A DNA stretch of 64,000 bases from Octopus sinensis (GCF_006345805.1 NC_042998.1:20150001-20214000); one strand, 5' to 3'. Counted from the stretch's first letter, positions 38,984-51,399 are shown. The notes: generated from the sequence alone by a model not told the origin. A program made the numbers and translations.

Positions 38984-39198
38984 CAGTAGTTTTGTTTTTA
39001 TAGCGTGCATTCACTTCACTACCGAGCGCAGCTCTGTGTGCCTTGGGTATGTGCTGTGATTTGTTGTGATGCTCTGGTGGTTATTGTATGGAAAGCGTTC
39101 TGCGTAGGATGTGTGCAGTGCCTAGTAGTGCAATTTTCTGTATGTTATATGTGTTTGTAAGTCCTGGTGTTTTTGTTATGTATTTGCCTGAATATTTT
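38984..39198 (-). mobile_element. R4/Dong 3' fragment, same family as 34310-34768, in TAA repeats
   Basis: Reverse complement of 34555-34768; (TTA)n on both sides. Confidence 0.9.
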
Positions 39199-39230
39199 TA
39201 TTATTATTATTATTATTGTTATTATTATTA

Positions 39231-39286
<56 letters not shown>

Positions 39287-39370
39287 GTTGTTGTTGTTAT
39301 TTTAAAAGGATTCACGTAGCTCTTCACAAAGGTAAACAGACGAGACAAATAGCGCAATGCGATTGCAATA

Positions 39371-39659
39371 AACATTTCATTGGTTGAACGATATTTCGAC
39401 AGTAAGTCTGTGTTTGTCGACTTCAAATTAAAAAAGTAATAAAAATTCAAAATTTTAGAATTTCAAATGTAAAGTATGAACGAGAGCAAGTAGCGTCCAC
39501 ACGTTGACAGAATGACATCCTCAGTTTTTGAAAGTTACAATCTTTAAAACCGGCGAAAAGAAAAAGACAGACCCGAATTTCTAAAATTTTGAATTTTTAT
39601 CAATTTTCAATTTGAACTCGACAAAGGCAGACTTACTGTCGTTCAACCAATAAAATATC
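39371..39659. mobile_element. MITE with about 85-bp imperfect TIRs, TA-flanked (Tc1/mariner-like)
   Basis: ATTGGTTGAACGA..CAGTAAGTCTG..TTTGTCGA..TAAAAATTCAAAATTTTAGAA is mirrored at 39575-39659, with TA on both sides. Confidence 0.8.
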
Positions 39660-39716
39660 TACTGCATCGCACCACGCTCTACGTCTTGTCTATTATTATT
39701 ATTATTATTATTATTA

Positions 39717-39749
<33 letters not shown>

Positions 39750-39750
39750 G

Positions 39751-40091
39751 TGAAGGCGCATGGCTCAGTGGTTAGAGCGTCGAGCTTACGATCGTGAGGT
39801 TGTGAGCTCGAATCCCGGGCTGGGTGTTGTGTTCTAGAGCAAGGCACTTTATTTCACGTTGCTCCAGTTCACTCAGCTGTAGAAATGAGTTGCGACGTCA
39901 CTGGTGCCAAGCTGTATCGACCTTTGTCTTTCCCTTGGATAACATTGGTGGTGTGGAGAGGGGAGGCTGGTATGCATGGGCGACTGCTGGTCTTCCATAA
40001 ACAACCGTGCCCGGACTTGTGTCTAGGAGGGTAACTTTCTAGGTGCAATCCCATGGTCATTCATGACCGAAGGGGGTCTTTACCCTTTACC

Positions 40092-40092
<1 letters not shown>
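39751..40092 (+). mobile_element. SINE related to family C (shared head and centre, different tail)
   Basis: GGCTCAGTGGTTAGAGCG head and shared GAGCAAG.CACTTTATTTCACGTTGCTCCAGT.CACTCAGCTG; tail ...GACCGAAGGGGGTCTTTACCCTTTACC. Confidence 0.8.
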
Positions 40093-40129
<37 letters not shown>

Positions 40130-40151
40130 CATTATTATCATTATTATTATT

Positions 40152-40186
<35 letters not shown>

Positions 40187-40483
40187 CATTATTATTGGAA
40201 GAAGAAGAAGAAGAAGAAGAAGAGGACAAGGAGGAGGAGGAGGAGGAGGAGGAGGAAGAGGAGGAGGAGGACAAGAATATGAAAATGAAATTTCGTCTTA
40301 AAAAGAACGCAGGATATTCTCGGTCATATTTTGAATTTTTGCATTTCAACGTTCTTTTGATTTTTCATTTTGAAACCCAGGAAGAGAGCCACAATGTTGA
40401 AATATGGTTCAATTCCAAAAACAGTATCAGTTTCCATGTATTACAGATAATATCGCGCTCTTCTTATTGCCCGTGTGTTTAAG

Positions 40484-40808
40484 GCGGCGAGTTGGCAGAA
40501 ACGTTAGCACGCCGGGCGAAATGCGTAGCCGTATTTCGTCTGCCGTTACGTTCTGAGTTCAAATTCCGCCGAGGTCGACTTTGCCTTTCATCCTTTCGGA
40601 CTCGATCAATTAAGTACCAATTACGCACTGGAGTCGATGTAGTCGACTTAATCCGTTTGTCTGTCCTTGTTTGTCCCCTCTGTGTGTAGCCACTTGTGGG
40701 TAGTAAAGAAATAGGTATTTCGTCTGCCGCTACGTTCTGAGTTCAAATTCCCCCGTGGTCGATTTTGCCTTTCATCCTTTCGGGGTCGATAAATAAGTAC
40801 CAGAGACT
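40484..40808 (+). mobile_element. SINE family A dimer (second unit truncated)
   Basis: Junction AAAGAAATA|GGTATTTCGTC near 40713. Confidence 0.9.
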
Positions 40809-40814
40809 GGAGAT

Positions 40815-41395
40815 GAACATGCCAGTTGCAATTCCTTTCACTCTCCATACTACCTGTTTCGCAACAGCAACTACCGAGAGAAAACAAGCTTGCTCCTCCC
40901 CATTCAGGGAAGTCGGCGGAACGATATCTTAATTACAGATTCGCTCGACAGCTGTACTCTTCTCGAATGCGACAGCAGGTGTTCGACATAAGCCCAGAGC
41001 TCAGTCACCTTGGAGCATTGCACAATCGCGTACAGGACATTTTCACTGTCCTTCTCGCGTCTTGCACAAACCGGCGAAGACGCTCACCCATATCTAAAGA
41101 GTTTATCTCGAACCGGTAAAGCTCCTCTGTAACATTGCCAGGCCAGGGACTTCTGGTAATTATCCATAGGCCCCGGCCCGAAAGTTCTTTGGAACAGGTT
41201 GGCCAGTTGATCGTCGTCGAAGCCTAGGGTTTCTCCCGGGACCTCGTTCCACTTAAACTCTACTAACCCTCTATAGAAGAACGAGGTAGTACCCCCGCCA
41301 CCGGCGATGCCCATCTGGGAGAGAAGCACGAGTGCCTGATGGCACTCTGCATGCCACATGCCCAACCTCGGTCTACACTTGATCCAAACATCAGT
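40815..41395 (-). mobile_element. L1/Tx1-clade ORF2 C-terminal (zf-RVT) fragment
   Basis: SLAWQCYRGALPVRDKLFRYG*ASSPVCARREKDSENVLYAIVQCSKVTELW, a decayed CCHC. Confidence 0.75.
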
Positions 41396-42200
41396 TAATG
41401 TGTACACCGTTTATATTATCTCATTCTTCTAATATTACTATAAGGATTGCTCTTCAAAAATTCATCATTGCCTGAGACCTGCATTTGAACCCATATTCAT
41501 TTCTTGTTTCATTTCCTTGGGCCATGCTAAAATCTTAAAACTCAGATTGCGCGATCTATATTCCATCCTTCGATTGTCCTTAGCGCCTGCTATCCTCTAA
41601 AATTCCCTTTTCATTTATTCGTCTCTTTTAATAACACTTGTACCTAATATCAAGCTATATAAGAACAACATGAATTTCACCAAGCAAGGTGGATTAACAG
41701 AGATCCTGGGCATTTACTATTCATCTCACACGAATTCATAAATAAAACTAGTAGAAATCTTAATTCTAACCATGTATTATCCTCCCCATTTGTCTCACCA
41801 CTCGCGCACGCATACACACGCACACACACTTATGTGAATATATATATATATATCAAGACACACACACTCATACAAACAGACACACACATATCAACGTATT
41901 TATATATATATATATGTGTATATATATATATATATATATGTGTGTGTGGGTGTGTGTGTGTATATATATGTGTGTGTGTGTGTATATATATATATGTGTG
42001 TGTGTATATATATATATGTGTGAATATATATATATATATATATATTATATATGTGTGTATAATATATATTATATATATATATATTATATATATATATATG
42101 TATATATATATATGTGTGTATGTATATATATATATATATGAATATATATATATGAACATATATATATATGTATATATATGTATATATATATATATTTATA

Positions 42201-42275
<75 letters not shown>

Positions 42276-42726
42276 CATATACACATATACATATACATAT
42301 ACATATATAAATATGGGGGTTTATGTCTCTGAAGACTACGTATTTTTCTTCGTTTTAAGAATTCAGTGCTCAGGTCTTATCTTCAACGCAAGTAAAACGA
42401 AACACAAATAAACACGAAAAACAAAAATAATACAATAAAGAAAGAACAAAGCCTTTTTTTGCGTTGAGGTTGGTGCCAAGCTGTCTCGGTCGATGTGCGA
42501 AAGACAATTCTGCTTTCATTAATGACGTCTTTTATTATGAACTTGATACAAACAGCGGAAGTGTTGATTAAAATGTGCCACACTCGACAAGCAAGAGGCA
42601 AAGCACACAACGACTCCCGAGCTTTTAAATTCTTATTTCGTATCTATTTATCCATGTGTGAACATCGTAACATGTTTGCATACATGGATATATATATATA
42701 TATATAAATAAATATATAAATATAAA

Positions 42727-43018
42727 TAATGGCCCAGTGGTTAGGGCAGCGGACTCGCAGTCGTAGGATCGCGGTTTCGATTCCCAGACCTGGCGTTGTG
42801 AGTGTTTATTGAACGAAAACACCTAAATCTCCATTAGGCTTCGGCAGGGGCGGGGGTGATCCTTGCTGTAGTCTTTCACCACGACTTTCTCTCACTCTTT
42901 CTTCTGTTGGCCTGCTCGCTTAGTCAGCGGGGTGGCGTCATTGAAGGCTAAAACAATGCGAAGCGTATTGTGACCAGCGATGTGTAGCAACATCTGATGG
43001 CCTGGTCGGTCACGTGAT

Positions 43019-43024
<6 letters not shown>
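42727..43024 (+). mobile_element. SINE family D with alternative tail
   Basis: Head as at 11203; tail ...CTGGTCGGTCACGTGATCACGTGA. Confidence 0.8.
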
Positions 43025-43058
<34 letters not shown>

Positions 43059-43477
43059 CATACACGGACACATATATACATATATATATATATATCATCA
43101 TCATCATCATTGCTCGACTGTGGTCGAGACTTTCATAGTCTTTTCAAATGGCTAATAATGTGTGCGCGCGTCACTACTACACACATTGGAAAGCATTGTA
43201 CAACCAAGTACTAAAGAAGATCTTTCCTCCTCCATGAAACAAAGCTGTTCCCGCTGGACGTCAACCCAGTATTTCTAAGCTACGGACCGAGTGATTTATT
43301 GCCTTCACTACAGCTAAGGAGCCCTTTCTACCCCAATACATACACGGACATATATATACATATATACCTATATATATATATATATATGTACACGTATAGG
43401 CATACACACATTTGTGTACGTGTGTTTGTATGTGTATATATAATGTGCATATGATCTCGGTAATATATATATATATG

Positions 43478-45275
43478 TGTACTTCGATCGTTTTCCGTCC
43501 TTTCGTTGTATACATTCGAAGCTTTCTTCCAGGGGATCTAATGCGCTTGGCTTAGATTCCTTGGCGGGCTGGCCATATCGGAGCAATCTCAAGATTAATC
43601 AGCCGAAAAAATGCTAAGATGATATGGTTCTTGACTGATGACTGAGGGCTTCGAATGTCCCGTCCTGTGGTTCTTGTGTCGTCTCTGTGGTGTTTCATGT
43701 TCTTGTCCATGTCTGTAATTAATTTTACTGTTTACCTATATAATCGGCGGCTACGTATCCACAATTGCCTTATACGATAAGTATTTTTTTCTCAAGCTTT
43801 GATACGACTCTTAATCTGTCTCTTTTTCTCTCTCTCTCTCTCCTCCCTTATTCCACTCCCTTTCTTTCCCTCCCATCCGTCCCCCCCCCTTTCTACGTTT
43901 CTCTATCTCTCTCACCTCCAGCCCCCTCGATCTGTCTCTTTCTTCTCCTCTCGTCCACCTTCTCTCCCTTTTCATCTGTCCCTTTCTCCTGTCTTTGGTT
44001 CTCACGTGACAGCTAGCCGCTGTGAGCGCTCTTTTCGTTTTCAGCAGCCTCAGAAGCAACACGTATTTGTTCGTCTCCCCGTGGCCTTTAGCACAAACTT
44101 CACAAGCCAGCCCAATTCTCAAATCGTCCTGTCGAAAGACCCTTGTCTACGTCCTGGTTTTGTTTTGTGTTGTTTATTTTTTATTTTTATTTTTACCGTT
44201 ATTGTTTTAGTTTTTGTATTCTATTGGTGTCACGTATTCTGTATTTTTGTTTGTGTACTTCGATCGTTTTCCGTCCTTTCGTTGTATACATTCGAAGCTT
44301 CTTCCAGGGGATCTAATGCGCTTGGCTTAGATTTCCCTTGGCGGGCTGGCCATATCGGAGCAATCTCAAGATTAATCAGCCGAATTGCTAAGATGATCTG
44401 TTTCTTGGACTGATGACTGAGGGCTTCGAATGTCCCGTCCTGGGTTCTTGTGTCGTCTCTGTGGTGTTTATGTTCTTGTCCATGTCTGTAATTAATTACT
44501 GTTTACCTATATAATCGGCGGCTACGTATCCACAATTGTCCTTATACGATAAGATATTTTTCTCAGCTTTATACGACTCTTAATCTGTCTCTTTTTCTCT
44601 CTCTCTCTCTCCTCCTTATCCACTCCCTTCTTCCTCTCCATCCGTTCCCCCCCCCTTTCTACGTTTCTCTATCTCTCTCACCTCCAGCCCCCTCGATCTG
44701 TCTCTTTCTTCTCCTCCCTCGTCCACCTTCTCTCCTTTTCATCTGTCCCTTTCTCCTGTTTTTGTTCTCACGTGACAGCTAGCCGCTGTTGAGCGCTTTT
44801 CGTTTTCAGCAGCCTCAGAAGCAACACGTATTTGTTCGTCTCCCCGTGGCCTTTAGGCACAATTCACAAGCCAGCCCCATTCTCAAATCGTCCTGTCGAA
44901 AGACCCTTGTCCTACGTCCTGGTTTTGTTTTGTTGTTTATTTTTTATTTTAATTTTTACCGTTATTGTTTTTACGTTTTTGTATTCTTATTGGTGTCACG
45001 TATTCTGTATTTTTGTTTGTGTACTTCGATCGTTTTCCGTCCTTTCGTTGTATACCTTCGAAGCTTTCTCAGGGGATCTAATGCGCTTGGCTTAGATTTC
45101 CCTTGGCGGGCTGGCCATATCGGAGCAATCTCAAGATTAATCAGCCGAAATTGCTAAGATGATCTGGTTCTTGACTGATGACTGAGGGCTTCGAATGTCC
45201 CGTCCTGTGGTTCTTGTGTCGTCTCTGTGGTGTTTCATGTTTGTCCATGTCGGTAATTAATTTTACTGTTTACCT
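43478..45275. repeat. about 775-bp tandem repeat, 2.3 copies (Penelope pseudo-LTR-like, unclassified)
   Basis: Unit start GTACTTCGATCGTTTTCCGTCC at about 43478, 44255 and 45020. Copies differ mainly by 1-bp indels. Confidence 0.85.
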
Positions 45276-45399
45276 ATATATATATATATATATATTTATG
45301 TGTGTGTGTTCCATTTCTGAAATCTGGAAACATCGTGTTGCATTGCGTTCTTCCGTTTCTTTTGTATTTTCGAAGTACGCAAGGAACTGCAAATAATAA

Positions 45400-45978
45400 T
45401 ATTCCTTTCTACTAAACGCACAAGGCTTGAAATTTGAGGGGCGGTAGCTAGTCGATTGCATTGTCCCCAGTGCTCAACTGGTACTTATTTCATCGACCCT
45501 GAAAGGATGAAAATCAAAGTTGACTTATGCCGAATTTGAACTCAGAACGTAAATACGATCAAAATACCTATTTCTTTATTACCCACAAGGGGCTAAATAC
45601 AGAGGGAACAAACAAGGACAGACATAGGTATTAAGTCGATTACATCGACCCCAGTGCGTAACTGGTACTTAATTTATCGACCGAAATGATGAAGGCAAAG
45701 TCGACCTCGGCGAATTTGAACTCACAACGTAATGCAGACGAAATACCTATTTCTTTATTACCCACAAGGGGCTAAACACAGAGGGGACAAACAAGGACAG
45801 ACATAGGTATTAAGTCGATTACATCGACCCCAGTGCGTAACTGGTACTTAATTTATCGACCCCGAAAGGATGAAAGGCAAAGTCGACCTCGGCGGAATTT
45901 GAACTCACAACGTAATGACAGACGAAATACCGCTAAGCATTTCGCCCGGCGTGCTAACGATTCTGCCGGCTTGCCACT
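45400..45978 (-). mobile_element. SINE family A trimer ending in a tail-B unit
   Basis: Junctions AAATACC|TATTTC at 45568 and 45747. The 3'-most unit carries a different tail (..CCCCTCAAATTTCAAGCCTTGTG..). Confidence 0.88.
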
Positions 45979-46239
45979 ATACAAGTGTGTACGCGAATAT
46001 TTATTGTATTGTTCCCTACTTGGTGCACGGAGGTTTTTGCTTTTCAAGTTAGTGGAACAGCAAGCACTGTTGGGTAGTGGAATTGGTCTCTATTCTTATT
46101 ACTGTCATTGTTGCTGTTGTTGTAGCTGTTGTCTTTTGGTACTGCTGCAGGTTATCTTCTTGATTATGTTATTGAAGTTAATTGTTTATGTGGAGTCTGC
46201 AGCTGTAGCGAACCTTAGCTTTCTCGTTCTTTACTATAG

Positions 46240-46560
46240 TCAAAAGGACCTTAAGTGATATGGGGTACCACATATGCGACATTTGGGCCTTGCTTTTTCC
46301 CTGTTACAAACTGCTTACTTCAGTTTAGTTAACTCTATGAGTTCAGCGATTGCTTCCAGCCTTTTTCGATTAGATTGGACTAAGAAACCTACGCCCAAAC
46401 TCAACGAATATTCTTTTTGTATCTTTTGTATCACCATAATCTTTTACCTTTATCGGACCACACAGCTTCTACAAAGATCAGTTGTATAGTTCTCGAACCA
46501 GGTCCACCTGTCTCAGCTTAGTCATACGCCGGGGAATATAAAATAGTGTAAGAATGAAAT
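46240..46560 (-). pseudogene. decayed ORF1/gag-like zinc-knuckle relic
   Basis: RPKCRICGTPYHLRSF* matches CX2CX4HX4C with the last Cys replaced by TGA (46240-46281). Confidence 0.4.
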
Positions 46561-47526
46561 TTTCACTTTCAGATAGGATAGCAGGGCGCCTCTTTTTCGG
46601 TTTCCTTGATGTGTCTGACAGTCACTGTTGCCGTTGTCTTTGCCACAACCTACAAAACCTCTTTTGCTGTTGGACTGCTTTCAGAATATCTTTGTACGTG
46701 TGCAGGTATCGTCACACTGTCTAAGCTTGCAACAATTTTAGGTAAATATCAGTATGAATTCCTGAACCACGTTTACAATATTTTTCATCCTTCTTTGTGG
46801 ACAACTTAACGAACACCGCTTATTTCTTGCAGATGGTTGGCTAATTTTCCTGTAACGTTTGAAGTTGCAGCTACTTTGTTATAACTTTTTGTTGTTGATA
46901 TTTTTACCGGTGATTGAATCTGTAGTGATGTTGGCAGTGTTTCATTTTGTATTGTGCAGCCGAGATGTTGCTGAGACGTTATAGCAGTTACTTATTCTTT
47001 TTCTTAGTATTTTTTCCAGGTTTTGTTGTTTCTACTTCTAGTGTATTCCTTTGAGACTAGCAAAACCGATAAATATTTTCTATTGAAAGTAAAATCCTTG
47101 GATGATGTTGTTGTTATTGTCGTTGAAGATTTCATTATTGTCCCAATTGCTTTTGTCATTGTTGTGGTTATTGCAAGTTGTGTTGAAAATCTTCCCCATT
47201 GTATGCGACAACGTTATTATAGAATTCGTAGCTAGAATAGTAAAGCTTGTTGCTATGGCAGCAATAGTGCTGCAGCCAAAGTAAGTGGCGTCCAAGAGAG
47301 AGATACGAGACATATATTTTATCATCGCATATCATTATTTATTTTATCCGTTTTTATTTTTAAAAATTATGAAGTTTGTAAATACACTTGTCTGTCAAGT
47401 GATTTGATCCGAGACCATGAGTTGAAACTAAAACAGTGACAACATTGAAGGCACGTATTAGCCATCCAAAATACCCAAAGATTGGTGACTTCACTTAAAC
47501 ATTTATTATTTGGTGCCGAATAATAA

Positions 47527-47973
47527 GGATCTTTTCGGTTTGAACGGCAGTTTTTTTTTCTAGCGGTGTCATATGAAATTGTCACCCATAATTATGACCC
47601 TAGTATCGATCTATTGCATTTCAATCTGTTTTTGGGTTAGAGTTAGTTAGGGTTAGTTAGGGTTAGGATTAGGGGTGGAGGGAAAGGTATATTTTTTTCT
47701 TCAGAAATGTAAATAAACCCAATCTGTTTCTTAAACGAGGGGCATATTCATACGGCACAGAATGTTTTCACCTCAGTAGACGTCATTGATTGGTTGAAAT
47801 TGCAGAAATTGAAGAAAAAACAATAACAAATATCTTACAAACTATAGAATTTTCTCAATAAAGCCAAGAGAAAAAGATGTTTTATAAACACATTATACCA
47901 GTATACGAAGTTTAAAAGTGTTTAGTTACGTAGAAATTATTTTTAAAAACTGCCGTTCAAACCGAAAAGATCC
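47527..47973. mobile_element. MITE with 29-bp perfect TIRs
   Basis: GGATCTTTTCGGTTTGAACGGCAGTTTTT at both ends, AATAA on both flanks, and internal GGGTTA-like repeats. Confidence 0.9.
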
Positions 47974-48190
47974 AATAATAATGCTGACCTGGTCACTGAT
48001 ACGATTCCAGTGAAGTTTGGAGATGCATAAAATAACACAGGCGATATTCAGAAAGTTGACAATAAAAATCACTTACAGCACAGCCATTGAGGCGAATATA
48101 ATGATAATTTACTCATTATCAGCTGATATTCCTACTAGCCTTGAGAGCAATGTTTCTTCGAAATGGTTAGACTGAGTTTTAACTTATGAT

Positions 48191-48513
48191 GGTGAGGGCG
48201 CGTGGCTTAGTGGTTAGGGCATTCGGCTCATGATCGTAAGGTTGTGAGTTCGATTCCCGGCGACGCGTTGTGTCCCTGAGCAAGACACTTTATTTCACGT
48301 TGCTCCAGTCCACTCAGCTGGCAAAAATGAGTTGTACTTGTATTTTCAAAGGGTCAGCCTTGTCACTCTCTGTGTCACGCTGATTATCCCCGAGAACTAC
48401 GTTAAGGGTACACGTGTCTGTGGAATGCTCAGCCATTTGCACGTTAATTTCACGAGCAAGCTGTTCCGTTGATCGTATCAGCTGGGACCCTCGTCGTCGT
48501 AACCGGCGGAGTC
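48191..48513 (+). mobile_element. SINE family C (young copy)
   Basis: Perfect 14-bp TSD TTTTAACTTATGAT (48177-48190 / 48514-48527). Confidence 0.92.
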
Positions 48514-48569
48514 TTTTAACTTATGATAATCTGTTTATCTATTTCTTAGTCTGAGACACATTGATTTCA

Positions 48570-48892
48570 AATTTTTGGCCCGGGGACAGCAAATTGGGGG
48601 AAGGTGTAGGTCGATTGTATCGACCCCAGTACTTAACTGATACTACTGATACTTAATTTATCGACCCCGAAAGGATGAAAGGTAAAGTCGACCACAGCGG
48701 AATCTGTACTCAGAATGTAAAGACAGACGAAATGCAAATAGACATTTAGCCCGGCATGCAAAAGATTCTGCCAGCTCGCTGCCTTCAGAGGTAAAGTCGA
48801 CAGCGACAGCATTTGAACTCAGAACGTAAAGTCGGAAGAAATGCCGCGAAGCATTTGCCCGATACGGTAACGATTCTGCCAGCACGCTGCCA
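48570..48892 (-). mobile_element. family-A-head SINE (tail B) plus an adjacent head fragment
   Basis: TCGACCCCGAAAGGATGAAAGG module and two head sequences. Confidence 0.7.
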
Positions 48893-49249
48893 AATTAGTC
48901 TGAGACATTATAATAATTGTTATATTGACCGATTTTCTCATCGATTTTCAAACATCTATATATACTTTCAGAAGTAATTACAGAACCTGTTCAGCTCGGT
49001 CTAATAATGGGCGTACCATATTTAACAAAAGAAAGCTTCCGTCACTGATAAGGATAAGATTTTTGATTCTATAATGATCTGATATTTGTTTTATATATAT
49101 TTGAGTTTGACAGGGAAATCTTTAACAATATCAAAAAACTAAATAATAGCTAAAATCAAGAGGCTCAGGGAAGTTTGGTGATTGTAAAATTTGGTTGATC
49201 TGAATTGTAAACAATTCCAATGATTTGGGCAAATGTATTTGATACTCTT

Positions 49250-49457
49250 TACTCTTTACTCTTTTAATTTTTTCAGTCATTTGACTGCGGCCATGCTGGA
49301 GCACCGCCTTTAGTCAAGCAAATCGACCCCGGGACTTATTCTTTGTAAGCCCAGTACTTATTCTATCGGTCTCTTTTGCCGAACCACTAAGTGACGGGGA
49401 CGCAAACACACCAGCATCGGTTGTCAAGCAATGCTAGGGAGACAAACACACACACAA

Positions 49458-49489
<32 letters not shown>

Positions 49490-49497
49490 TATATTAT

Positions 49498-49553
<56 letters not shown>

Positions 49554-49735
49554 ATATATATATACATATATACGACAAGCTTCTTTCAGTTTCCGTCTAC
49601 CAAATCCACTCACAAGGCATTGGTCGGCCCGGGGCTATAGCAGAAGACACTTGCCCAAGATGCCACGCAGTGGGACTGAACCCGGAACTCTGTGGTTGGT
49701 TAGCAAGCTACTTACCACACAGCCACTCCTGCGCC
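49250..49735 (-). mobile_element. SINE family B
   Basis: As at 27350, with a long internal (TA)n. Confidence 0.88.
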
Positions 49736-49809
49736 TGATAAAGTATTAAAGTAATAAGAATCCGATGGGAACGAAACAAAAGTGTATACGATGTTAAAAA
49801 ACTGAAGCA

Positions 49810-50422
49810 GAATATTATTTTTCTACTCTAGGAACAAGGTCCGAAATATTGGGGGAAGGCGACAGTCGATTAGATTGACCCCAGTACGCAACAGGTACTT
49901 AATGTATCGACCCCGAAAAGATGAAAGGCAAAGTCGACATCGGTGTAATTTGAACGAAGAATGTCAAGACAGATCAAATACTGCTAAGCATTTCGCTCGG
50001 CGGGTTAACGTCTCGTATTTTTTCACTGCTCTCAAGGGGCTACACAGAGAGGGGACAAACAAGGACAGACAAAGGGATTAAGTTGATTACATCGACTCCA
50101 GTGTGTAACTGCTACTTAATTTATCAACCCCGAAAGCATGAAAGGCAACGTCGACCTCGGTGGAATTTGAACTCAAAACGTAAAGACAGATGAAATACCT
50201 ATTTATTTACTACCCACAAGGGGCCAAACACAGAGAGGACAGAGAAACGGATTAAGCCGATTATATCGACCCCAGTGCGTAACTGGTACGTATTTAATCG
50301 ACCCCGAAAGGATAAAAGGCAAAGTCGACCTCGGCGGATTTTGAACTCAGAATGTAACGGCAGACGAAATACCGCTAAGCATTTCGCCCGGCGTACTAAC
50401 GATTCTGCCAGCTCGCCGCCTT
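49810..50422 (-). mobile_element. SINE family A dimer joined to a tail-B SINE
   Basis: Canonical junction at 50199; a different junction at about 50015 into a tail-B head. Confidence 0.85.
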
Positions 50423-50804
50423 ACTGAAACAGAATATCGAAGAGGAGATGAATACAGAGAGTAAGAAATATAGAGAGGTGTTGCTTATATGGAAAGAGAG
50501 AGAGACAGAGACAAACAGACAAACAGAGAAAGAGACAGAGGAGCAAGGGAGAGGGAGAGAGAAAGAGAGAAATAGTTGGTATGAGAGGCGGTCGGAAATA
50601 CGAGTTACTTAACAGAGAGGTGTTTGATATGATACATAGGGAGAAAAAGGGGTCTGATAGTTTAGGGTGTCATAGTCGTTCCTTTTTTAAGCTGCAACTT
50701 CGGTTGCCTCGATTCCTTTACACAAAGCAACCTACATACATATATCCATATATTTACAATTAAACATAGATATATCCTTCTATATAGAGACTTAAATATA
50801 TATA

Positions 50805-50835
<31 letters not shown>

Positions 50836-50971
50836 CGTATATATATATATATATATATATACGTATATATACAAATATATATATGTATGTATGCATATAT
50901 ATATAGAAAATAGAAAAGAGTGAAAAGCTACAGAATCCAACCACGTGCCTTCGCACACCAACTTTCTCACC

Positions 50972-51002
<31 letters not shown>

Positions 51003-51399
51003 TATACATACATACATACATATATATATTTGTGAATGTGTGTGTTTGCGTGTGTATAAATTTACGGGACAAAGATGTCTTCAAATGTGTGCATGTGAAT
51101 TTAGGCAGTTTCTGCAAAAGTAGTAAAACAAAATAACATAAAAATGCCATGGGTAACATTTTAATGACATTCTCCAACTGAATATGTAATGAAACTATGC
51201 ACGAAGTGTTACTTATCTTCATAAATACTGCCATTATTTTCCTATTATGTGGATTGTATAAGGAGCAGCGACCCCAGGTATTAACAGGAATTCGACACAC
51301 ACTGACGGAACAATCTCACACAATTCCTTAACTTAAGCCGATAAGAGATGATGACGCGAATAAGAAGAAAGAGAAAAAGAAACGCTGGGAAAAGAAAAC

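Noticed and set aside
43635-43670. CTGATGA...TTCGAAT in the 775-bp repeat as a hammerhead
   Set aside because: It has GAAT rather than GAAA, and no stem I or II complementarity in any copy (CTGAAGA variants at 4170 and 6410 also fail).
47630-47680. Interstitial telomere or chromosome fusion site
   Set aside because: The short degenerate TTAGGG-like tract lies inside a TIR-bounded MITE. The tract at about 63745 has only two units.
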